Source: Ignavibacteria bacterium (GTDB lineage Bacteria; Bacteroidota; Ignavibacteria; Kapaibacteriales; Kapaibacteriaceae). From it: a DNA stretch of 64,000 nucleotides. The notes beneath the pieces are model-generated. The model ran no database searches and was not told the DNA's origin. It worked only from the letters and a program-made list of their open reading frames with translations. This document shows, piece after piece, positions 21,705-31,513 of this stretch. Positions within the stretch are counted from its first letter, which is position 1, and every line of letters starts with the position of its first letter. Location: the NCBI GenBank assembly GCA_013204605.1, contig JABMNI010000011.1:16887-80886 (forward strand), in the 5' to 3' direction. A program made the translations under genes and the position numbers.

Positions 21705-22124
21705 ATGAGTGCTCATTTACTTTCAATCAGCATTGTAACTCCTCAAACAACAGCATTCGAGGGGACAGCCTTAGCTGTCTCCGTACCCGGATCGTATGGC
21801 CCCTTTCAAATTTTAAACAGCCATGCGCCAATAATCTCATCGCTAGATGCGGGTGTTGTAAAAATTGAAGATGAAAACAACGTGGTCACATATTTCGCTA
21901 CGAAAGAAGGCTTCGTTGAAGTGCTAAAGAACAACGTAAACATTGTTGTTGAAGAGCTAGTTAACGCAAATAGTATTGATGTTCTTGATGCCGAAACTGA
22001 ATTGAAAAAAGCGAAGCAACTCGCAGATGGAGCAGGCAGCAAGCACGAAAAAGATCGCGCGAGAAATGACGTGCATTGGGCTGAAGCAAGAATTCGCGCA
22101 GCAAATCTTTTTGCCGGAGTATAA
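21705..22124 (+). CDS. atpC: F0F1 ATP synthase subunit epsilon
   Basis: Length is 139 aa. It sits immediately downstream of atpD. The typical N-terminal beta-sandwich (IVTP...FEG) is present. Confidence 0.85.
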   Translation: MSAHLLSISIVTPQTTAFEGTALAVSVPGSYGPFQILNSHAPIISSLDAGVVKIEDENNVVTYFATKEGFVEVLKNNVNIVVEELVNANSIDVLDAETELKKAKQLADGAGSKHEKDRARNDVHWAEARIRAANLFAGV

Positions 22125-22145
22125 CGGTTATACGTTCTTCCGTAA

Positions 22146-23648
<1,503 letters not shown>

Positions 23649-23650
23649 CT

Positions 23651-24754
23651 ATGCCAACTGTATCTCAACTTAAAACTGCCGCACTCCGTTTGGATCAACT
23701 TCGAAAATCAATGAAGAGTAACGAAATTGATGGGTTGGTAATTACCAGCCTTTCATCGATAAGATATTTGTTTGGTTTTTCCGGATCTCACGCTACGGTA
23801 ATTGTTACAAAGAAAAACGTTCACTTTTTTACGAACGATCTCTATACAATCCAAGTCCAAAAAGAGTTGTATTCAGTACCCGGCATGAAGGTGCACATCA
23901 CTCGTGATGTTTGGACTACCTGCAAAGAATTAAAAATTGCAAGCACATTAAAAAGAGTGGGTTTCAATTCATCGGTTATTACCGTGCATTCGCACAGACT
24001 CATCAAGAAGGCATTAGCACCAGCCGTCCTTGTGGAAACTTCATCGATGGTAAGCCCAATCACCGCGGTAAAAAGTAATACTGAAATTAAATCCATCGCT
24101 GAAGCGTGCAGAATAGTGTCTCAGTCATACGAGCAGATGCTCGGTTACGTTCAGCCTGGGATGACGGAGATTGATGTTGCCAACTATTTGGCTGCTTGTA
24201 CGAGGGAACTTGGTAGCGAGAAAGATGCGTTCGATATTATAGTAGTTGGTGGTGTTAGAAGCGCCATGCCACACGGAAGGGCTTCGAATGCGAAATTGGT
24301 CAAGGGCATGGTTATTACGGTAGACTTTGGCTGTTGTGTAGATGGATTATTCAGTGATATGACTCGGACATTTTGTTTGGGTACGCCATCTAAAGAAGTT
24401 GTAGAAACGTTTGCCGTGCTTTTAGATGCGCATCTTACCGCATTAGATCACGCAAGAGCTGGCATTACAGCTGCTGAGTTAGACCTTTGTGCTCGCGATT
24501 TAATTACGACCGCAGGGTTTGGTGAGAATTTCAAACATTCATTGGGTCACGGACTAGGTTACGACGTACACGAAAATCCGCGCGTTTCTTGGATGAATAA
24601 GAACGAAAAACTCGTCGAGAATAATGTTATTACTATCGAACCCGGAATTTACATCCCCGGTAAATTTGGAATGCGTATAGAAGATGATGTGGTGATCAAG
24701 AAGAACGGTTGCACCATTCTTACTACAGCACCTCGAGAATTGGTCGTGGTATAA
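23651..24754 (+). CDS. M24 family Xaa-Pro peptidase
   Basis: Creatinase-like N-domain plus the pita-bread catalytic domain (HSLGHGLGYDVHE, EPGIYIPG). I used the ATG at 23651, 3 nt after the guaB stop, rather than the track's 23522. Confidence 0.8.
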   Translation: MPTVSQLKTAALRLDQLRKSMKSNEIDGLVITSLSSIRYLFGFSGSHATVIVTKKNVHFFTNDLYTIQVQKELYSVPGMKVHITRDVWTTCKELKIASTLKRVGFNSSVITVHSHRLIKKALAPAVLVETSSMVSPITAVKSNTEIKSIAEACRIVSQSYEQMLGYVQPGMTEIDVANYLAACTRELGSEKDAFDIIVVGGVRSAMPHGRASNAKLVKGMVITVDFGCCVDGLFSDMTRTFCLGTPSKEVVETFAVLLDAHLTALDHARAGITAAELDLCARDLITTAGFGENFKHSLGHGLGYDVHENPRVSWMNKNEKLVENNVITIEPGIYIPGKFGMRIEDDVVIKKNGCTILTTAPRELVVV

Positions 24755-24760
24755 TCTATA

Positions 24761-26038
24761 ATGAGTTTTCACAGAGTATTAGTACTAGCATACTACTTCC
24801 CTCCTATGGGTTTAAGCGGTGTGCAGCGTACCTCGAAATTTGTTAAGTATTTGCCGGAGTATGGTTGGCACCCCACCGTTATAGCCTCGGGGCCTACTGC
24901 ATACTATGCACACGACGAGTCGCTGCTGAAGGATTTCGAAGATAGACCGATAGAGATTCACAGAACCTCCGGTTCCGACCCTAATAGTCTACTCAAATCT
25001 CAGGGCACTATGAAAATGCCCCGCGAGTCCATTCGGAAAATGTTGAGCCGGATAAGCAACACTTTTTTTGTCCCAGACAACAAGAAAAGCTGGGCAAAAA
25101 ATGCCTTCGACTTAGCATCTGAATTGATCGAACAAAATCACTACGATGCTTTGTTTGTAAGCGGTCCCCCGTTCTCATCCATGATGGCCGGAGCTAGACT
25201 AAACCAAAAGTTTGGGATTCCCTTAACAGTCGATTATAGAGACCTGTGGTTTGGTAATCAGTTTCACTTCTATCCTACTCCGTGGCATGCTCATCAGCAC
25301 AAAAAACTTGAGCATTACGTGCTTCGCCATGCATCGGCGATTACAGTTACAAATCGTCGGCTAAAAGAACGTCTAATTGGAAACTATCCTCATGTAAATT
25401 TTGAGGATGTTAACATTATTCCTCACGGTTATGATACCGATGACTACCCTACAGATTCTTCACAAACAAAAAATTCTGAGTTCACACTTACATATGCCGG
25501 AATATTCTACGATTTTGTTACCCCTAAGTATTTCTTCAAGGCGGTTAAAAAGTTGTTGACTGATTTCCCAAATGTTAAAATCAGACTGAATTTTGCGGGT
25601 ATTCTGCGCGAAGAGAATTTGAAGTATGCACGCAAGTTGGGCATCGCAGATATAATTTCTGACCTTGGATATCTGCCGCACACAGAAACAGTGGAGCTAC
25701 TAATGAAGAGCGACGCCCTGTGGATGATGGTAGGTAACACTAGGAACTCCGACACAGTTTCAAGTGGGAAACTGTACGAATACTTTGGGAGCAATAAACC
25801 ACTTCTTGTTACGGTTCCCGAGGGTTCTCTTAAATCCGATGCGGAGAGGTATGGCGCAGCATGGATTACCGACCCTACTAATGTTGAAGCCATAGCTACA
25901 TGCTTGAAAGAGATGTACGATGCGTGGCAGAATGGTGCGCTGCCAAAGCCTAACCAAAAGTTTGTCGCCCAGCATGATCGTCAGTTTTTAACAGCGGAAT
26001 TAGCTAGAACCCTGGCTTCCACGCTTCGAGTTGTGTGA
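24761..26038 (+). CDS. Glycosyltransferase, GT4/GT1-like fold
   Basis: The N-terminal YYFPPMGLSGVQRTSKF is typical of GT4-like GT-B enzymes. Length is 425 aa. Confidence 0.55.
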   Translation: MSFHRVLVLAYYFPPMGLSGVQRTSKFVKYLPEYGWHPTVIASGPTAYYAHDESLLKDFEDRPIEIHRTSGSDPNSLLKSQGTMKMPRESIRKMLSRISNTFFVPDNKKSWAKNAFDLASELIEQNHYDALFVSGPPFSSMMAGARLNQKFGIPLTVDYRDLWFGNQFHFYPTPWHAHQHKKLEHYVLRHASAITVTNRRLKERLIGNYPHVNFEDVNIIPHGYDTDDYPTDSSQTKNSEFTLTYAGIFYDFVTPKYFFKAVKKLLTDFPNVKIRLNFAGILREENLKYARKLGIADIISDLGYLPHTETVELLMKSDALWMMVGNTRNSDTVSSGKLYEYFGSNKPLLVTVPEGSLKSDAERYGAAWITDPTNVEAIATCLKEMYDAWQNGALPKPNQKFVAQHDRQFLTAELARTLASTLRVV

Positions 26039-26062
26039 GTAGTTTGTACGTGTAAGTAATTC

Positions 26063-26626
26063 TTACTGTGCTAACAAGCTATCAACCAAATTGATGGCAG
26101 CGTTGTATCCGCTCACAGTGCTAACTTGTTTACCTGATGTGTCAAATACTACAAATGCCGGCGTGAACCGAACATTGAATTGAGTGGCCACAGCGTTGTC
26201 CCAATACATGCCATCAGATCCATGAGCCCAACTCAAATCGTTGTCTGTTATATAGGATCTCCAGGCATTCAAATCGTAATCTAATGATATCCCAATAATC
26301 TGAAATTTTTCAGCTCTGTGGCTCTCCCAGAAGGATTTGATATAAGGCGTGTGTGCCCTGCACGGTGAACACCAAGTAGCCCAAAACTCCACCATCACCA
26401 CCTTCCCTTTATAATCGGTCAGGCTAACGCTTCCGCCAGAGGGTGTGGTTTGTGTAAAGTTGACGTTAAGGCCAACGCCAGGGCTCGTTGTTGGCTGCTG
26501 TGCACAAGACATCAACAAGAAAGTAACTGCAATGAACAATGTTGCGTTAACTGCAGTCACAAGGTTAACTGCACTCACAAGGTTAACTGCTTTCAAATCA
26601 AAATATACTTTACTCATGCTATACAT
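26063..26626 (-). CDS. TlpA-like thioredoxin-family thiol-disulfide oxidoreductase, probable lipoprotein
   Basis: Contains VMVEFWATWCSPCR (the CxxC motif) and a lipobox-like LLMSC. The N-terminal region contains an in-frame 18-bp tandem repeat. Confidence 0.75.
   Translation of the reverse strand: MYSMSKVYFDLKAVNLVSAVNLVTAVNATLFIAVTFLLMSCAQQPTTSPGVGLNVNFTQTTPSGGSVSLTDYKGKVVMVEFWATWCSPCRAHTPYIKSFWESHRAEKFQIIGISLDYDLNAWRSYITDNDLSWAHGSDGMYWDNAVATQFNVRFTPAFVVFDTSGKQVSTVSGYNAAINLVDSLLAQ
26544..26590. repeat. About 2.5 copies of an 18-bp tandem repeat (GTTAACTGCAGTCACAAG / GTTAACTGCACTCACAAG / GTTAACTGC...)
   Basis: Direct reading of the sequence shows this. It encodes AVNLVS/AVNLVT within the N-terminal signal region of the TlpA-like gene. 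Confidence 0.85.
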
Positions 26627-26649
26627 GACTACAACTTTTTAGCAATGTT

Positions 26650-28695
26650 TCACGAAGCAACAAATTGACTTCTAACACTATCAAGAAGTATCTCCGAAAT
26701 GTCTTTAACGGCAACTCGGTCACCGGCATCGGCAGCCTTCACTCCATCTGTGATCATTGTTGTACAAAATGGACAATTCACTGCGATAGTAGTAGCACCA
26801 GTTTCCAACAATTCATTTGTTCTAACAATGTTTACTCTTTCGCCAACCGTCTCTTCCATAAACATTCTGCCCCCTCCTGCGCCACAACAAAGCCCCTTAT
26901 CCGAATTTCTCGCCGGCTCCAAAACATTCAAGCCCGGTATTGAATTTAGAGTTGCACGCGGGGCCTCAAATTCATCATTGTAACGTCCTAAATAACATGA
27001 GTCATGATAGGTAACGGTAAATTCTGAGACAGATTCCTTTTTGATTTTCAGTCTGCCGGAATCAATGAGTTCCTTTATGAACTGAGTATGGTGTACCACT
27101 TCGAATTTTGCACCGAACTGCGGGTATTCATTTTTCAACGTGTTAAAACAATGTGGACACGTGGCAACTATTTTTTGAATGCCATATTTATTGAATGTTT
27201 CTATATTGGTCTTCGTCAACGAACCGGCCAAATACTCGTTGCCAGTCCGCCTAGCTACATCTCCGTTACAATTTTCTTCCGTGCCTAGTATTCTGAACTC
27301 AACGCCGGCAATTTTCATTAGCTCTGAAAATGCAACGGAAATTTTCTTCGACCGATCATCATACGAACCGGCACAACCAACCCAAAACAGTACTTCCATG
27401 TTGGAGTCTTCCGCCGCGGTTTTAATTCCAAGACCGTCTGCCCATTGTGCGCGATCCGCGTGACCAAACCCGCCCCACGGAACACTATTGGTTTCCATGT
27501 TGCCGTATACGTCCGGCAGCAACGCAGACTCGTCCGTGAACGCCGAATCCATCATAACCATCGACCTTCGCATTCCAACAATTGCAGGCACGTGCTCGAT
27601 ATTCACCGGGCACTCCGTCATACATGCCCCACACGTAGTGCAGGCCCACAATGCCTCGGCACTCACATAATCACCCACCAGTTTTTTATCGAATGTAACT
27701 TGCTCTTCTGCCGTTAACTGATCGCCATTTTTCTGTTTAATTAGTAAGGGGGCTTTATCCATTGTACGCTCGTTTATCGCAACAATTATTGCCCTTGGGT
27801 CTAAAACCTTTCCAGTTTGGTTTGCCGGACAAACACTCGTACACCTGCCGCAATGCGTACAGGTATACCCGTCCAGAATTGTTTTCCAAGTAAAATCTTC
27901 GAAATCTACAATTCCAAATTTCTCGGCGCCTTCCTCTTCAAAATCAATTTTCTCTAATGCATTGGTAGGTTCGATAGGTCCAAAAAATACGTTGGGAATC
28001 GAAGTCAGCACGTGCAAGTGTTTTGAAAACGGCAGGTAATTCAAGAAACCCAAAATCAGCACTGCATGCATCCACCAGGCAATGCTAAACATTACGGCTG
28101 AGCCCCCTTCACCTAAAACCGAACTCAGCAAACCCAGTATGGGTCCGGAAAGTGGACGGACTGCCCAGGAAAAATCCGCACCGAATACGGGTTGACGAAG
28201 TCCGTTTTGCACGAATAATGCAGAAACAATCAGGAATATTGTTACTAGGATCAAACCTGCTTCAAGACGCTCACCTTCAACCTGTAGCCGCTTTACGCGC
28301 TTAACGTAACGTCGGTACAACGACATGAAGGTGCCAATGATAATGAGTACACAAAACACGTCTGTCAGTACGGTAAGAACGGAGTAAACCGGTCCGAGAA
28401 AATTAAAAGACCAGCCCTCATGAAGCCCTTCTAGAATCATTTCGGCGGCTGAACTCATTAAAACCAAAAAGCCCCAGAAGATCATGGCATGAATTGGTCC
28501 GGCTGACTTATCTCGCAATATTTTACTCTGTCCAAATCCAACAACAAGGGTTTGTTTTAACCTAGCTCCGAGGTTAGAAAACCGATCAGTGTATTTTGCC
28601 AGCTTCAAATAAGATATTAATCGCAGCGAGCTCTTAACGAACAATCCAAGAGCTAGTAGAAGTATCAGTATAAAAATATAATTCTGCAGATGCAT
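26650..28695 (-). CDS. Membrane-bound Fe-S oxidoreductase: NarI-like multi-TM domain fused to HdrD/GlcF-like 2x[4Fe-4S] plus two CCG domains
   Basis: The N-terminal ~250 aa contain 5-6 TM helices with conserved His. They are followed by CTHCGRCTSVCP and CTTCGACMTECP ferredoxin motifs and CCG-type cysteine clusters (CPHCFNT, GLCCGAGGG). Confidence 0.7.
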   Translation of the reverse strand: MHLQNYIFILILLLALGLFVKSSLRLISYLKLAKYTDRFSNLGARLKQTLVVGFGQSKILRDKSAGPIHAMIFWGFLVLMSSAAEMILEGLHEGWSFNFLGPVYSVLTVLTDVFCVLIIIGTFMSLYRRYVKRVKRLQVEGERLEAGLILVTIFLIVSALFVQNGLRQPVFGADFSWAVRPLSGPILGLLSSVLGEGGSAVMFSIAWWMHAVLILGFLNYLPFSKHLHVLTSIPNVFFGPIEPTNALEKIDFEEEGAEKFGIVDFEDFTWKTILDGYTCTHCGRCTSVCPANQTGKVLDPRAIIVAINERTMDKAPLLIKQKNGDQLTAEEQVTFDKKLVGDYVSAEALWACTTCGACMTECPVNIEHVPAIVGMRRSMVMMDSAFTDESALLPDVYGNMETNSVPWGGFGHADRAQWADGLGIKTAAEDSNMEVLFWVGCAGSYDDRSKKISVAFSELMKIAGVEFRILGTEENCNGDVARRTGNEYLAGSLTKTNIETFNKYGIQKIVATCPHCFNTLKNEYPQFGAKFEVVHHTQFIKELIDSGRLKIKKESVSEFTVTYHDSCYLGRYNDEFEAPRATLNSIPGLNVLEPARNSDKGLCCGAGGGRMFMEETVGERVNIVRTNELLETGATTIAVNCPFCTTMITDGVKAADAGDRVAVKDISEILLDSVRSQFVAS

Positions 28696-28806
28696 TTATT
28701 CGTCTTTCAATAATCGACGCAAGATACCAAACCGTAACTTTGCGATGAAGCTAGAGGTAGATCAATTACGAGACCTACTGGCCAGTAATATTCAATTGGA
28801 ACATTA

Positions 28807-30090
28807 ATGCAGAGTTATGTAAGTGCTCAAACTGCGATCGAGGCCATCAAGTCTGGAGATCGACTGTATTTACATAGCGTTGCGGCTGCTCCCCAAGTTT
28901 TGATTCGGGAGTTAGTTGCCCAAGCGCCACGGTTAAGAAACGTGGAAATAGTACATTTACACACAGAAGGTGAAGCCCCTTACGCCGCGCCGGAATTCAA
29001 AGACAATTTCAGTGTGAATTGCCTTTTTATCGGCGCAAACATGCGGCAGGCAGTTCAGGAAGGTCGTGCTCAGTACACACCTGTGTTTTTGTCTGATATT
29101 CCAAAATTGTTTAGGGAGAAGATTTTAGCAATCGATGTTGCATTAATCCAAGTAAGCCCTCCAGACATACATGGGTATTGTTCGTTGGGTGTCACAGTCG
29201 AAGCTGCGCATGCTGCCTTACACACCGCTGGCATTGTGATTGCGCAAGTAAATGAACGCATGCCTCGAACACATGGAGATGCTCTAGTTCACGCGTCGAA
29301 AATCACGTATTTGGTTGAAGGTAATGCGGCAATACCAGAGGGGCACACCAAGCCAATTACAGAAATCGAATTAATGATTGGCAAGCACGTGGCAGGTTTG
29401 GTTGCCGACGGCGCAACAATTCAAACCGGAATTGGCTCTATACCCGATGCAGTTTTAAAGCAGTTGCATTCTCACAAGGATTTAGGCGTACATACGGAAA
29501 TGTTCAGCGATGGTATGGTAGAGTTGGTAGAGCGCGGAGTTGTTAATGGCTCCCGAAAAGCAAAACACATGAACAAGATTGTTGCGACCTTTGTGATGGG
29601 TTCGCAGCGCGTTTACGACTTTGTTCACGACAATCCCATGGTTGCCATGCTTGATGTTGGTTATGTTAACAACCCAAGTGTAATTGGACGAAATCCAAGG
29701 GTGACGGCGATTAACAGCGCAATTGAAGTTGATGTAACTGGTCAGGTTTGCGCCGATTCCATTGGTACTCTTCCCTACTCCGGTGTGGGAGGTCAGATAG
29801 ACTTTGTGCGTGGCGCAGCCTTGAGTGAAGGTGGGAAGTCCATCATAGCACTTGCCTCACGGACTAAAAATGGTACGAGCAAAATAGCGTCGGTACTTAA
29901 ACCAGGCGCGGGGGTAGTAACTACCAGGGCCCACGTGAGATACATTGTTACCGAATACGGAATTGCGGAACTCTTTGGGAAATCACTGTTAAAGCGTGCC
30001 GAAGCATTAATTCGAATTGCTCATCCCGAAGATAGGGATCGACTAATACAAGAGACCAGAGCAATTTGGAATTTAGGTGTAAATGTTTAG
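28807..30090 (+). CDS. Acetyl-CoA hydrolase/transferase family protein (succinyl-CoA:acetate/4-hydroxybutyrate CoA-transferase-like)
   Basis: Length is 427 aa. Family motifs seen are SGDRLYLHS at the N-terminus and GSQRVYDFV...GVGGQIDF at the C-terminus. Confidence 0.7.
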   Translation: MQSYVSAQTAIEAIKSGDRLYLHSVAAAPQVLIRELVAQAPRLRNVEIVHLHTEGEAPYAAPEFKDNFSVNCLFIGANMRQAVQEGRAQYTPVFLSDIPKLFREKILAIDVALIQVSPPDIHGYCSLGVTVEAAHAALHTAGIVIAQVNERMPRTHGDALVHASKITYLVEGNAAIPEGHTKPITEIELMIGKHVAGLVADGATIQTGIGSIPDAVLKQLHSHKDLGVHTEMFSDGMVELVERGVVNGSRKAKHMNKIVATFVMGSQRVYDFVHDNPMVAMLDVGYVNNPSVIGRNPRVTAINSAIEVDVTGQVCADSIGTLPYSGVGGQIDFVRGAALSEGGKSIIALASRTKNGTSKIASVLKPGAGVVTTRAHVRYIVTEYGIAELFGKSLLKRAEALIRIAHPEDRDRLIQETRAIWNLGVNV

Positions 30091-30139
30091 GTTCTCAGTC
30101 AAGGTTTTATGTTTCAATTAGTACAAGGTCGAGAGTTAG

Positions 30140-31444
30140 ATGATTTTTTTTAGAAGATATTCATTGCTAATTGCAATTGTAATGGCGGTCCAAGCTGCAG
30201 TACTCACCGGCCAACCGACTAGTATGGGCGACGTATCAGTAATTTCCATTGATGCCTTTTCGACCAAGGGCGATGAGTTACGCGGCACGGCAAGTTGCGA
30301 CATTTTCGTTCAAGTGCCTTTTCAAACATTGCAGTTTCAATCCGTGAGTGAAAAGTTTGCAGCGCAATATCGAGTAGTCGTGACGGTGCGAGATACGTCT
30401 GGAAGGCGCCTGTTTGACACCTCGTACACACAATCGGTAGTTGAGGATTCGTATTCTATTACAAAAGGCTCCACAGGAAAGTCAGATCGAACCATCAGCA
30501 AATTCCATTTGAAACCAGAATTTTATAGAGTGGATGTAAGTGTTCTTGATAATTTTTCACAACGCGAATACACTCAATCAAAACGAATCTCAATCCCCGA
30601 TTTTACAATCACGCCGAGCATGTCAAGCCTACTGTACCTAAGTGAAATCGAACAGCGTGGAAGTCGGTACAGTATCACCCCTTACATTGGCGATGCAATC
30701 CGACCTAACCTCACCACACTATTTGCGTTTTTTGAGATTTACGAAGATGAGCTCCCCAAAAACGTTTTCTCATCTTGGAAAATTACTAGTGCTGACGGTC
30801 GAGTTTTAAACTCCGGCGTAACTGATCAGTTTCATTTGACTAAGCGCACTAGCCAATCTTTCGTGCCAATTAAGCTAGTACGAAGCCCCCTGCCAGGAAC
30901 GTACTCACTCACAGTGTACCTAAACCCCGAAAAAAATGGCGTTGCGGATACCTCCGAAATCTATGCGCAGTTTTCCAAGCCGTACATCGTGCCAGGTTCC
31001 CACTCAGGGAACCTAACGGCAGATATTAACAAAGCCATTCGACAATTAATATACGTGGCTTCACAAATTGATATCGATTCAATAAGCGCCCCCGCTGATA
31101 TTGCTGAAAAACAATACCGGTTCAATGAGTTTTGGAAGACTCTCGACCCCACTCCAAATACGATACGGAACGAAGCTTTCGACGACTATTACGGGCGAAT
31201 AGAGACGGCGAACCGAAGGTACAAGTCATACTCAGAGGGTTGGCTGACTGATATGGGGAGAGTGTACATCATCTTTGGCGACCCTACCAACATTGATAGG
31301 TACGTGAGTCAGAACAACACTGTTCAAAATGTTCGTTGGGTGTACGGTAACAGATTCACGTTGATCTTCGAAGACAATACTGGCTTCGGCGACTACAGGC
31401 TTCGAACACCGTTACCACCTGGAAGCAAATATCATTATCGCTAG
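30140..31444 (+). CDS. GWxTD domain-containing secreted protein
   Basis: A signal peptide is present. The C-terminal region has FNEFWKTLDPTPNT, which is a GWxTD-like motif. Confidence 0.5.
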   Translation: MIFFRRYSLLIAIVMAVQAAVLTGQPTSMGDVSVISIDAFSTKGDELRGTASCDIFVQVPFQTLQFQSVSEKFAAQYRVVVTVRDTSGRRLFDTSYTQSVVEDSYSITKGSTGKSDRTISKFHLKPEFYRVDVSVLDNFSQREYTQSKRISIPDFTITPSMSSLLYLSEIEQRGSRYSITPYIGDAIRPNLTTLFAFFEIYEDELPKNVFSSWKITSADGRVLNSGVTDQFHLTKRTSQSFVPIKLVRSPLPGTYSLTVYLNPEKNGVADTSEIYAQFSKPYIVPGSHSGNLTADINKAIRQLIYVASQIDIDSISAPADIAEKQYRFNEFWKTLDPTPNTIRNEAFDDYYGRIETANRRYKSYSEGWLTDMGRVYIIFGDPTNIDRYVSQNNTVQNVRWVYGNRFTLIFEDNTGFGDYRLRTPLPPGSKYHYR

Positions 31445-31460
31445 GTAAAATCGGCACGTA

Positions 31461-31495
31461 AAAAAAAAGCCCTCTGTATAGAGGGCTTTCTTTAT
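31461..31495. terminator. Bidirectional rho-independent terminator between convergent genes
   Basis: The sequence AAAAAAAA-GCCCTCT-GTAT-AGAGGGC-TTTCTTTATT forms a perfect 7-bp stem flanked by A and T runs. Confidence 0.8.
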
Positions 31496-31513
31496 TCGAT
31501 TTTGAAAAGGGGC

